Source: Penicillus capitatus (Eukaryota; Plantae; Chlorophyta). From it: 64,000 bases of DNA. The translations under genes were made by a program, and so were the position numbers. The stretch spans positions 976,301-1,040,300 of the forward strand of contig OZ287704.1 of the NCBI GenBank assembly GCA_965649825.1, in the 5' to 3' direction. Below the pieces are notes generated by a model. The model had not been told where the DNA came from and searched no databases. It worked only from the letters and a program-made list of their open reading frames with translations. Below, in pieces: positions 12,525 to 24,819 of the stretch; the first letter of the stretch is position 1, and each line of letters begins with the position of its first letter.

Positions 12525-14724
12525 TCATAAGATGACATGTTTAGACAGTACATAACGCACTGTGTGCATAATATGCTTCCGGACGAGCAACAAAATCGAT
12601 GCTATGAAGATACCTGCAGGAACAGTCGTCACCAGAAGACAATGCAACGAAGAGAGGCACTTAGGATGATGAGACCATCTCTTTTGAGCACCGATACTGC
12701 TTTCTGAGGTGAAACATCCCCGTTCACAAATCTCAGATATATGTGCTGCGGAATGAGCCTTGGAAGAAGACGATTGCCCAGAGCGTGGAGTCCCAGATGG
12801 ATGGTGCCAATCAGTGGCCACCACAGCCGAAAAAGAGGCAGCTGTAGGTCTTGACCGGGTATACTCTGAAGACACACATGTATGCGCACTTGTCTGTGAA
12901 GGGACACATCTTTGCTGTTGCACTTCTTGAAGTTCTTGTGTTTTCTGCACGTCGTGATAACGTAAAGTGTTAAACAGACGCACGGCTTCATCAATATCTC
13001 CTCTGCTTTGTTCTAGTGCTGTATTCAGTGCCTTGTTATCCAAGATAGCCACATTGCACCTGACAGAAAACACTCAGTCAGTTCCACGTCTCGGATCCAA
13101 TGGATCGCTTTTTACCCGATTCCCAATGCAGGGGTCACACTGTGACTGCTATCTCCCAGCAGAATTGTTCTGGGGCCAGCAAATGTTGATACCCGGGTGA
13201 TTGGGGCGACTCCGTTCAACGGAGCAGATTTCAGTTGCTTCACAATTTCCCTTTTCCAATCCTACAGAGGATACAAGATCCATTCACGTGCTGTCTGGCA
13301 TTTGAGACCGTTGGAAAATATGTAGGCAATGCTTCTTCTGCCCATTCTTCTTCGGCGCCCTCGATGTTTTCAAAGAGAGCTGCTGTGCCAACGATGATGC
13401 AATGGATGCCGTCCATTTGACTCCGGTAATAGGAGATGCGTGAGGGACTGCGTTTTCCTCTGAATTTCTCAGTTCGTGTCCGAGCCGTGGTCAGCCATCC
13501 AGGGTGCAATGATTCTAAGATATCACCTACCATTGACAGATGCCTCTCTCCCCATCGTATCACAAACCCAACGCACTTTTCTCGGGAGGGTATGGCAGTG
13601 ATCGAATGGACTTGTATGTTCGGGCGGCCACGATCTGTCGAACCTTGAATTCTGGATCAGCTTTCTGCAGCTCATCACGGACAACGGAATTTGATCCGTC
13701 TGCCGCAATGAGTAGATCGTAACGCTCGCTCACTTCCTTTCCTTCACCATTCACGAATTTCGCTGTCTGTGCGTCGAAATCCACGCCCTTGATTGAACAG
13801 ACCTCGTCAGACGGTCCATCCAGCACAGAGAACATGGAATACTTGACAGTCATGTCGAAAGAAAAACTGAACCCTTCCAGCATACTTGGTCTGGACACTT
13901 TTTAACAGACACGTGGCTATATCATGTCTCTCTCCCAGAAGGAGAAAATTGTCATTGTAGGCGTTTTGCACCATCATGTTCTCGGAACTGATCGTGTAGG
14001 TGCCTGTCCATCCATACCTTAAAGTCGCATGCTCTTTGAAACGAACAATCGTGGCACCTCGAAAACGCGTGATGCCATTGTAGTACTCGCCCAATTCGGA
14101 TGGAAGATCCATCTCTGCCTCTCTAAGGACGTCAATCGTAGGGGGCTTCAAGAGGATGAAGATGGAGCGATGGGCCTTTGGCGGAATAGCCACAGGGTCG
14201 CCTCTCTTCTCGAACACCTTCATTCGACTCCCCTTTCGTCTAACGACAGCACCCGAGAGATCACTGTACCTTGACATCGAATCCTTGTTGGGCAAGAAAA
14301 GCACTGGCTGTTGTGCCTGCCGGGCCTGCGCCGACAATGATCGCCGTTTTACCGCTGTAGGTTGGACCACTCAATTTAGAGGTGCTGCGGAATTACGCCC
14401 TCGTCAGAGATCCGAGTGTTCAGTTGGAGGAACGAACTCCTGGTCTCGAGCGAAGGTCTCGGAAGCCGATTTCTGTTGTCTTCCGACCGAGAGTTTCGTG
14501 AAGAGGCTAAGCGAAAAGACAAAGCGAAAATTGTAGGGACAGTCCAGTCGACGACGTTCTTCTCACCGCTGACTGCGCAAAGCGTCGTTCTTCTTACGAC
14601 GCCGAGACCATCTTCCTCTCCACGCCGTATTCCGATCGCAACGTTGGGCAGCGAGGGGCGATTTTCGCGATGTGGTGGTGGTGGTCACTCGCGTCATGTA
14701 AACGAGATCCATGTTCGATGACAT
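12525..14724 (-). CDS. FAD-dependent monooxygenase (kynurenine 3-monooxygenase/UbiH-like) with a likely transit peptide and C-terminal hydrophobic tail
   Basis: AIIVGAGPAG (GxGxxG) followed by VFEKR, then DLLIAADGSNSVVR (DG motif) and GDSSHSVTPALGIG|CN (GD motif). Confidence 0.85.
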
Positions 14725-14911
14725 GATGCCAGCAGACGAGCACAAGTATAAGGCGCGTGCCGTTTCCTCCAGTCGCGGGATCAGAAGAAGCGGTTTCTCG
14801 TGTAAAAAGTGGAAAATCTATTGTGTGAGAGAGTCTGTCAAAAAGAGTAACCGTCATCGAGGTCCCCATCCTCGCCATGTCAGCTGAAGGACGTCGATCT
14901 CATGACTGGAT

Positions 14912-17900
14912 TCAGTTGATGTTCAGCTTTTCGACTTTGGCCAAGAATGAATCCATCGCCGAAGCGGCGAACTGCACGATTTCTTCCTCTTCTCCACTCC
15001 ACTGCTTCGACACCACGACGTCCTGATTGGCAGATGGCGTTTGCCGTATGACGATGAAGAGGAAACGCACCCGTAACTGCTCTGTTAGATGTTGCGCTTG
15101 TTCGAGCATCCGAGCTGCCTGGTGAAGCTTGATCTGTGAGGTTCTCTTGTCTTGTGTCGCTTTCGCTGCTATCTCTGCACGTTCTTTCTCTGCTCGCACG
15201 AGACGAATCTTTAAGTTCGTGATTTCGACGTCGCGAGGATCGCCGGTCAAGAAACTCTCAAGCGCATCATGGCTCTCGTCCTTTTCCGCCTGACAAGATA
15301 TTGCTAAAGGAAGAAAGGAATGGATGCTTGCGGCTGTTTCTACCTTGCCAAGGGACTTGTCGCGAAGGAGCTGATCTTGAACCCGGTTTAGCCTTGCTTT
15401 TACCTCTACCGGTACAGGCCGGCAATCAAATCCACCTCATTTCAGACAATCCCATCAGTCAAGCGAAACGCTCCGAGGCCTCACTTACCGTTGCGCACAG
15501 GAGAGAGAGACGGAATACTGGATCTGCAAATACGATATCCCTGTTATTGAATAGCGCTCAGCAGGAGGCGCACCTGGTTGTCTGCAATTTGGTTGATACC
15601 CTTGTGCTTTGAGCGACAGGAGGTTTCGTTTCTCTGATTGAAGCAAACAGTTGTGTGTCCGCTGTACAGTAGCGTCGTAAATCTACTGGAGTACTCTTCC
15701 ATTTGACCATCTGCTGTTTCTGCGGGGACGCAAATATGAACAGGTGTTCGAGCAAAGAGGACGGCACACTTTGAGACTGCCCGTTCCTGGATGCCGCATT
15801 TTCTGTTCGTGGAGCTTCTTCCATTTCTCTCTGTCTGCTTCAAGAGAGCGAATCTTTGTTTGCATCTGAATGATTTCATATTCTTTGCCTCGAGCATACC
15901 GCAGAGCCGCGCTTCCTAAACTCCAAGCATGCAGACGGTGCGAAGACATTGGCCCTTACCGATCATATCGTGCGAAGAAACGCCAGAAGTCGAAGCGTAT
16001 AGCTTGAGTTCCTCTTTGAGTGCCTCTATTTCGCTTACATATCTGCTGAGCGTTTCTTCTTCCGTCTCATTGAAGGCTGCCTCTTTTCCCTGTCGCCTTT
16101 GGCCGTGCTGTTTCCATTCTTTTAGCTTGTCCTGGAAACGTCTTTCCTCCTGCTTCAGCAACAGATTCAAAGAACCATGCTGTTTCTGCCCCCGCGACAA
16201 CACGTCACATCAAAACCGGAAGACGGAAAGCGATACTTGCAGTGACAGCATCTCTTCTTGCAGAAGAAAGACACCGTCGACTCCTACTCGGAGTCGGTCG
16301 ATGACGGTTGCTTGATTGGGGGGACGGAGGCCAACAACGCGGTCCAGTTTTTCGGCGATCTTCTCCAGCTCTTCGTCCACAGACGTCTTCGCCTTTTCAT
16401 CCGCGAGCTTCAGTTTCTTTCTAAAGAAAATTTCTGCGAGATACATCAACTGCTTGGCCATATGTGCCTACCTTAAATGGCTGTTCTCTCCTCGGAGAAC
16501 GCGATCTTTCCTTCTCAATTCGTCCCTCTCCGATCTCAGTTCTCTCACGCGCATCACCACGTTAGACAGATCATCGCCCTCTTTGCTCTTGCTGGCATCA
16601 AGGAGTGTCCTTTCTGCCCCAGTCTTTTGCTGTTCTTGCTGTGAGGAATCGACAGACAGATGTGCAAACCGAGAGATCCGAGAAATAGATCTCAATGCGT
16701 CTTCTGGCGTCCACTTTTCTGTCTTTGACGGCCGATGCGTCCGCGTGCCCCGTTGAATGGCAGGCAGAGATGGCAGCATCTGGTCGCAGACATCTTGCAT
16801 AGGCTTTCCCGTTATCTCTTCCAATCTGTCCAACGCATGATCGAATCTCATCAAACCACAGCGAAGCAGACTTGTCTAGTAAACAGGCTTTGTCTCTCTC
16901 TAGTCCATGTATTCTGACAGTCACATCATCGGCATGTCGCAGTTGTTGCTCTAGCTTTTGCCGTTCCTCCTCCTTTGACTTTACCGTCTGCCGCAATTCC
17001 TCAGAGGAGCTATTGAGTGCAAGCACTTGTTCCTCGAGTTGCTTAAAACGATCTTCAAGCTGCTGTTTCTCATTCTTCAAATGCTGCAGCGACGTTTCCA
17101 ATGCATGCGACGCTTCTCTCGCTTCTTTCAAGTCCTTTGCTGTTTGATCTCTTATCGCATTCAAAGACACGATCTCCGACTCCAAAGCGTGGACTTTATC
17201 ACGGAGCGTCCGGTTCTCGGCCTCCTTTGCATTTGCTGCTGTCCCGTGGCCTGAGAGCTCTTCTTGAAGTGCAGCCAGTTGACTCTCTTGTCGGATCTCT
17301 TCATTCTTGAGCGACGAGATATGGTCCTGCAGGACGATGTGCTTCTTCTTTAACTCAGCGATCTCATTCTCGGACTGGATTTTTTCTTGTTGGAGCCTCT
17401 CGGCATCTTCTCTCAGCTTCTCTGCCTTAGACTCGTACACCCTCAAGCTTTCGATCGTCTTGGCTGCACGCTCGCACTCGGCCTTCAGGTTTTGCACCTC
17501 TGACTAGGAGGCGGTCATGATCCGATCAGCAAGGCGTCTTGCTCACCTTTAAGCATTCGTGTTGCGCTGTGTTCTCTTGCTCCCGCGACTGAGCAACTGC
17601 CAATTCTTGTCGAAGAGTCTGCAATTCCTTCTGCTGTTGTTCATCATGTGTCCCATATTCCGCTTTCTGAAACGCCATGTTATCTAGCATCGCCTGCTGT
17701 TCCTGTTTTTCACTCTCCAGCGTTTGGATTTTGGATTTTAAGTCCGAAACCTCATCCTCGAGGACTCCTAGGTTGTCAGCTTGCTCACGCCTTAGCTTCA
17801 TCCAGAGATCCAGTGTGCCAAGAGAGGCCTCGAACGATGAGACGTGATCTGATCCGCCCTCAGATGACTTCGAACACTCCTGCGAAAGTTCCCGAATTCG

Positions 17901-20800
17901 ATCATGTATCCGTTCGAGCTGATCTCTGAGTTCAGAATTCTGTTTCCTGTGCGTCATTTCTGTCCCGCTCAAGTGCAGCGCTATCGACTTGAGGATCTCT
18001 ATTTCCAGTCGGTTGGCGACAGCATCTCCTGTACAGGCACCCGTTTGGATGTCTGTTCTGCACCTTGTCCATCGCTGACACAAACGCAGCCACTTTGTTG
18101 CAGACGGATGCTTCATATCCAGACCGAGAAGAAACAGAAGCTTCGCATTTCTGGACAAACAGACTTCGTTAAGCTGTCCCAGAATTTCGTCCGTCTCCAT
18201 TGCTCTTGGACCATCGTATCGTGCTACGGGCGAAATGCTCCTTCGATGTCGTGCTTGCAACAGTGGTAGCTGAAAGTATAAGAACTGAAGAGTATCAAAC
18301 ACGAAATCCTCTTCTGGAGTGAATGTCTCAGAATAGACGGCACGCACAACATGCAACACCATATCTGCAGTTTCTGTGCCTGGGCGTCGAATCTCAACAC
18401 TGTGCAGACAAAAGTGGAAATCCTGAGCGACGTCCTCTGCACGTTCTGTCTCCTTCAAAAATCGCTGAACTTCTGCTACCGTCTTTACAGAAGAGCTTCC
18501 TAGATCCTTTGATAAAACACTGTCTGTGCAAGATCAAAGATGTAGAATGAGATATGCCTTAGTGGCGGCGGTGGCATTGGGAATATCGATGCCATTCGGT
18601 GTTGATCCTCCCATGAGCACCGCTTTCATGAGCAAGTACGATTCGGTATTCCGGTCGAGGACGGATTCGCAGAGAGCCTCCAACAGATTCTGCACCACAA
18701 TCTTGCACTTGTCAGACACAAAGGCAACCTCAGACACTGGTGCTTGTTACCGCACTTCTCGTGGCGTCGTCCGGCGCATTCGCCGACGCAATCAGAACAA
18801 AGCACGGTGTTTCTTTCTCTTCGGATTTTTGATCGTCGGCCTCGACGAGCATCTCGTTGAACTCTTTCTGTACAGAGAGCAATGCTGCATCGTCGTTTTG
18901 CAAAATTGCGTCAAAAGAAACGCCTTTCTCGAGGTCCTGTTTCTCTCTTAGTGTCAAAGCAGTATCTTCTAACGCATCGGTACTCGTCGGCTGCACAACT
19001 GAACCATCAATGCTCCATTGCGAAGAGGAGGCATCTGTGGTCTGGCCGATGAGTTTTAGCAACAGTTTGACATCGCCAATTGTTTCTCCTTCCTGAACCC
19101 TCTCTTCTATCTGCACGTACAAACTGCATGGCATCGAGAGAAGCGAACGAGAGCGTGTCACCCAACTGAAGACGCCGAAGGCTGTGGGACTTCCTTTTCC
19201 GTCAGCTTCGCGGCAGCAGGCGCCGCCTCTACATAAAACCCTGGTTGTCGCTTAAATGGGGAGGGCGAATGGAAACGACTCGCTACGGGTCGCAGCTGCG
19301 TCCCCGTTTGGAGAGCGGTCAGAGTGTCCTCTTTGTCCCCCAGTTCATCGTGTTCTGTGATTGCAGAGGAACTATGTCGCGACAGGTTCTTCCTAGCTTC
19401 TTTTCTTCGCCGATTGCGCAATTCGATAAAATAAATGTCAAGCGGATGCGCCTTATGCTCTTCCCCTGTCTCCACATTCCTACAACAACGAAATATTCCA
19501 CCCGTACCTCCATACGCCGCACAAATATACCGATAAAGCACGACGTTGTCTGCGCGGTCGACGACTTCAGTCCACTGTGGCGGAAGAGGGGCACTGACAG
19601 CCATTCGAGCCACTTCTAGTATAGACGGATCTTCGCTCTCTTCAATACCGAGGTATGTCGCCATGGCGTGAATCTAGACACTGTTCTTCGTAGAAGGCAG
19701 AGAAGCGAACAAACACACGTCGTCCATCGTGGGCGGCTGCTCTCTGTCCTTTTCCAGAAGTTCCTCATATCCTCCACGTTCCATAAATATCGCACCCTTG
19801 TAATAGTCGATTAGCGGATGGCGGAATCGCTTTTCTCCCGACACTGCATTCACATATTGACGCCGGTTTTGGTCAGTATCGTATGTAGATATCCAGTTCT
19901 TTGGCAACGACCCCTGTCGACACATATCGGCTGCCAACTTCATCAACAACGTGTCCTTTTCCTTTCACAACGACAAAACCACGATGCCACAAAATGTATG
20001 CGTCAAGACGGTTTGGCAAGTACAGGGTCTAGATTGAGCTCTGCGGCGGCGGCCAACTGTTCTGGATCGTAAGACTTATCGGCACGATGCGTTTTCGTTG
20101 ACATCTTGCTCGCCACCAACCATTCCTTTGCCTACTCTCGTGTATGCCAGAAAGCTAGAGCCACGCGTTGCTATCAACCGAGACACAGAAGAGGCGTCTT
20201 GAGGCCGAAGAGCGTCGATGGTCCGATACAGAGCGAAGCCAACCTCGAAATCCGCGACTCGAGGTCGATGTGCATTTCCCATTCGATTGTTCATCCGCCG
20301 CATTTTCGCCTTCCAATGGTGCGAGAAGTGCGTTACGCCCTCGATTTTCCGCAATGCACACCAAAGGTATGTGATGCCTCTCAGTAGGGAACACCTTCAT
20401 GCTTCACTCAGGAGTTCTTCGATATCATTTTTTCGGACGATGTGTCGACCAAGATCTTCCATAAGCTGAACTCCTCAGCGGAAGGAGCGACGGTGACGCC
20501 ATGGGAGAACAATACCAGAACGGTCGAGTTCTTCCGAATACTGCAGCTGCCTCGGCCCATCTCTGCCGTTTTGGGTGTGCTGCCGGAATACCGAAGAGTG
20601 CGGCGCTGGAACGGGTCATGTAGGCTGTAGTAAGATCCGAATCCGAGAAATACAATTTTTGGAACGAAAGGACGAAGCGGCATTCACCGTTTCTTCTTCT
20701 CCTGATCTACAAGTCCGTATACATCGTCATGGAAGAGTGGTTATCTACATTGCTGTTTGGCATACAGGTCGGTGTCGGCCCGAAACTTGCCAGCACAACC
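14912..20800 (-). CDS. Large coiled-coil protein with two tandem CEP164-type WW modules near the N-terminus (5' end uncertain; could be more than one gene)
   Basis: Modules ELNLDP|EKDTLLMKLAADMCRQGSLPKNW...YVNAVSGEKRFRHPLIDYY and YLGIEESEDPSILEVARMAVSAPLPPQW...NVETGEEHKAHPLDIYF resemble the CEP164 N-terminal WW module. Long heptad-rich exons follow at 14912-18460. Confidence 0.65.
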
Positions 20801-20945
20801 CAGCTGGCTGTACATCCAAAGAATGAAGGATCAGAAGTCTGTCGCCTCTCTCTCCTGTGATTTCTTTATCCTGTCCGTGGCTCTCTGTAGGTGTCCGTTT
20901 TGATAACGTGCTCAGCATCGGGGCCCTGGGGAATGGCAGGATTGA

Positions 20946-21490
20946 TTGAAGGGTACATGGCAGATGAAGCAACAACAGGTTGGTCAAACAACGCTCCATA
21001 AGTGTGACGATTGTGTGATGCATCTCGTAGGTATTGAAGCGTTCTTAACATTCTGCGAAACGCGAATAGCAGAGAAGAAATTGGATGACAGTATTGCATC
21101 GGAGTCTATTGCCGAGTCTGAAGATGTTCCATTCTACGACATACAGTACGAGTCCCTCAGCCAAGGCTCCTTTGCAGATCATGCCATCCTTGAACGTCGC
21201 GATAGCAATGGAATGCTGACGTCCGAAGCGCTCATCCTCTCACGCGTCAAGCAGCTCGAGGAAGATCACAGGATTTCAATACAGTACGATCCCTAGCATT
21301 CTGCTGTTCATGAGTGATGACGTGCATCTATGAACTCAGAAAAACGGAGGTGATCAAGAGGAAAATCGAGTTGCTGGAAATTTCTTTGGCGAAAAGTCAG
21401 CGAAACACACAGTTGGCATTGATGGGATGTTCCGTCTTGTCTTTTGCTCTGGTTGCCTCTCTCATTGCGCTGAAGATTCGAAACCTTTAA
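20946..21490 (+). CDS. Small protein with short coiled coil and C-terminal hydrophobic anchor (tail-anchored candidate)
   Basis: ORF 20946-21296 splices to ...KRKIELLEISLAKSQRNTQLALMGCSVLSFALVASLIALKIRNL*. Confidence 0.45.
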
Positions 21491-21760
21491 GTCTCAGTTG
21501 CATTTGTTTCACGATTCTGTCGTCTGTGAATGTTCTCGACGCACATGCTCTGTTTTATTTACCACGATCTTGAAAACAGTCCAGTCATCATTCAATTGGA
21601 TAAACTTATGTAGTTTAGAGTTTTCCCTTCTGCCCTTGTAATAAGTAACTCAAGTCTTGTTTATCTCATCTCAATTTATCGCAGCAAAGAATCAAAAAAG
21701 CCACATTATTGCTAGAGTGCGTGTGTTCTGTGGACACAGATTGCAAAGCTGCAAATCGTA

Positions 21761-24699
21761 TCATATGGAAATGATTCCGACGGATAATAAATCGAATTGA
21801 TCCACAGCGTGTGCCTGGATCCAAGCGTAGACTTGGCGATGTGTCGACTGCGATCCATCGACCATGACCCCGACCCTATCATCAAAAACATCTCCTTTCA
21901 GTATCTCCAACTGATATTCCCAGTCCGGCTTGCCGAAATTCAACGAGACCCTGGTATCGAAGATGAACTTCGGCACAAAAGGGTCGCGCACGATCCTCGC
22001 AAGACAATCATAAAAAAGCGCAGATGAAAAAGCAGCCCTAGGGCAGTAATGTATGTGCAAGTGAACTTCAAAAAGAATCAAAGAGCGCAAATCGTAGAGG
22101 GGTTCGATGAGTTCCAGAAGCCAAAGGACATCGTCAAAGCCGTTAATCTCCCAACTCAGAACCATCTTGCGAGTGGTTATCCCTTGACTGCGATCTCTTT
22201 GACCCATAGGCTTTCGTCTGAGCAGATAACTGCAAAGAGGAACCAATGGCAGTGAGGAGAAATTATCTCCGATCAAGAACAGAACAGGGTAAGACAGCAT
22301 AAGTAGAAGCTTCTCTTCCTGAAAAGCATTATTGAGTTTGTAGGGGCCTCTCAAAAAAGTGCGGAGGTCCACATGGATTCCTGATCTCCGTGATTCTGAC
22401 AGCAATGGGGAAGACACTGGGGCAACCAAGGTCTCATCAGTCACTTGCCTGGATCCCACACGCTGTTCCTCTCGTCGAAGCGAGTCACCCGTCGAGAGAC
22501 TCGCAGGAGTGATTTCAAAAATCACATTGAAATTGGATGAGGTAATGCGTCGGGGAACAACATGCTCGGTCGCTTCGGACGCCTCTCTTCGGGCTGCACT
22601 CCGAGCATGCGGGTCGTCTCCAATCATGCCAGCAATGCGCTATAGCAATGCATCTCGTCAAGGGGAGGGGGTATGGGGACATCATGCATTACCTGTGTCT
22701 GAGTGAGGTATACTAACCTTGTGTTGAGTCGAGTGAGTCGATCGGGAATGTGACAATGTGGTCGATTGGGCGAAATCTGATCCTCTGTCTGATGGAGGTC
22801 TCTCATATAACCGGTATCTCCAATTTCGACAGCGGCACTATCTCCGGAATCTCTTGCTGCTGGAGTCACTGACTTTTCATCCAGACTGAGCAAATGGTGT
22901 AAGAGTTCACGGCTCCATAGATCAATGGCACGAACAAGCACCATGAGTGAGTCCTCGGATGGATGCGAGAGCACGGGAAACGATCTCTGTTCGCTCATGT
23001 GTGTCGATGGAAAGCTCAAGGAAACGAAAGATAAAGCACCCAGACGACAGTCGACAGGTTTGGAGAGAATCAAAATGAGTCCCTTCTCGGGCAGGATCCG
23101 ATAATCCACGACATCGACCTCCGATACGGGATCCACCAACTTGAAAATTGCATAGTCCAGAAACAAGGCCAGAACTGGAAATCCTGCGTTACGTGCAGCG
23201 TGGATGAAAGGTTGCGGAGAATTCTGTTACCTAGCCAGAGCCAAAAGAGGCATGGGAGTCGAAAACAGCTACGCACGAAGGTTGTGGAGGAGTGTGTGGC
23301 TGTCAAGACGACAAAGATCGACAAGACCAACGCTTTGAACCACCCATTGCCGTAGAATAAGAGCCGCAATTTCTAGAAACACAGATCTCGATCGATCGAG
23401 ATCATCTTCGTGACGTCTGTTGTCTTACTGCCAGTCGAATGGATCTCAACGACCAATCGTATTTCTGAAGCACGGCAAAAATAGCAGTGATGGCAAAGAT
23501 CACGAAGAGCAGGAATCCAGATATAAAGACGTTGCTACGAAGAAGGGTTTGGATGGATGGCCGAGCTCGTCGATAAAACATGGATGAGTGATCGAGGAGG
23601 ACGTCACTCACAGAGAGACGTCCCATGTTCAATGTCTGACAGACGGAGTGCACGAGAACAACGAACAGCATGAGGACCAATACAATGCTGCGTGCGATTC
23701 GTAAATCTTCGACACTCACGTGCAGCGTCCTGGGGAGTTTTCTAGAAGCATATAAGATTTGGCTTGATTGGGAAGAGGGAGGGGTAAGGAGAGAGATACC
23801 TGTAGAGGAAAGGTGTGAGTCTGCACATGGTCAGTGTGAGAAAGGCGACGAGGACTTTAAAGAGATCTGATGTCGATCGACCGACAGTGTGTGTCCATCC
23901 GAGGACCTCCGCTAGTTCATCTTTCGTATGTCTCTCCATTCCGGCCACAAAGACAGTAACTGAAACAAAAAACAAGAAAGAGGCAGAAAGCAAACGCCCG
24001 GAATGATCGATGGTTTTGTCCCGTAGATAGCGACATCCGGCTTTGAAAAGGGAAAGCTCGGTTTTTGTAGGGAGCTTCGATTTGACGAGATGACAAACAA
24101 ACTGAGGATGATGCATGGCGATCTCCAACAGATGGGGGTAGCTCACGAGAGAGCCTTCGGCACCAATCTGCGCTAAGACGCGTTCCATGAGACATTCGAC
24201 AGTACGGTGCTCCATTTCACATCCACCCTCCACGAAGTTCTCCTGCAGACATGCGTCATCCACACGGCAGAGATGGAGTCTACGGGATTCTTACCCGGAA
24301 CATTGTCTTGATTTCGGGGATCGACAGATATCCTCTTGATGTAGCATCATAGCAATGAAAAATCATATAGAAACGAAACTGAAGATTATTGGTCTCGAAA
24401 GAGTAAACAAAATCCACCAAATCATCGACAGAGACAAATCCCGTGCATCGAATATCGATCAAAGCAAAAAGTCGCTCGGCAAATCGCAAACAACGCAATT
24501 GGAGCAAGTCCTTGACGTCGTGCACATCCAACAACTGCAGTCCGAGCCGATTCAAACGTCCGGTTAACAGATTCTGTGGCACAATGGTCAAAGAGCCTGT
24601 CAATTGAGAGCCGCGCCGTACTCTGATGTGGTCCGGAGTGGCATTGTGTTGCCAATAAGGAACGGAGAGATTCGGAGATGCTTCGCGTATCTGTTCCAT
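21761..24699 (-). CDS. RBOH: Respiratory burst oxidase (RBOH/NOX) homologue with EF-hands and degenerate heme/FAD/NADPH motifs (predicted pseudoenzyme)
   Basis: Domain order matches RBOH: EF-hands (FALIDIRCTGFVSVDDL; FHCYDATSRGYLSIPEI), ferric-reductase TM (LTLTMCR, VLVHSVC, ISGFLL, TATHS, WLWLGFP), FAD domain, then GPY, KMVLSW, FGKPDW and VGVMVDG. Exons join in frame with no premature stop found. Confidence 0.85.
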
Positions 24700-24819
24700 G
24701 TTTTTACAACGCGACTCTTCAAGGCAAACGGATCAAAGAATGTGCCTCTTCGGGGAAAGGCGTTCTGAGCACTACGTGAGGCAGGGAGTCGGTCCGAACG
24801 CTTTGGCTTATTGGAAGCG

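Noticed and set aside
5207-14724. D27 plus FAD monooxygenase as a strigolactone/apocarotenoid gene cluster
   Set aside because: No CCD7/CCD8 or P450 nearby, and unrelated housekeeping genes lie between them. Proximity is unremarkable at this gene density.
23384-23403. Perfect 20-bp palindrome gatctcgatcgatcgagatc
   Set aside because: It lies in an RBOH intron and is built from GATC/TCGA words that are common throughout the window. There is no second copy or element structure.
21761-24699. RBOH homologue as a decayed pseudogene
   Set aside because: All exons join in frame with canonical splice sites and no premature stops, and residue loss is structurally coherent. Expression still needs confirming.
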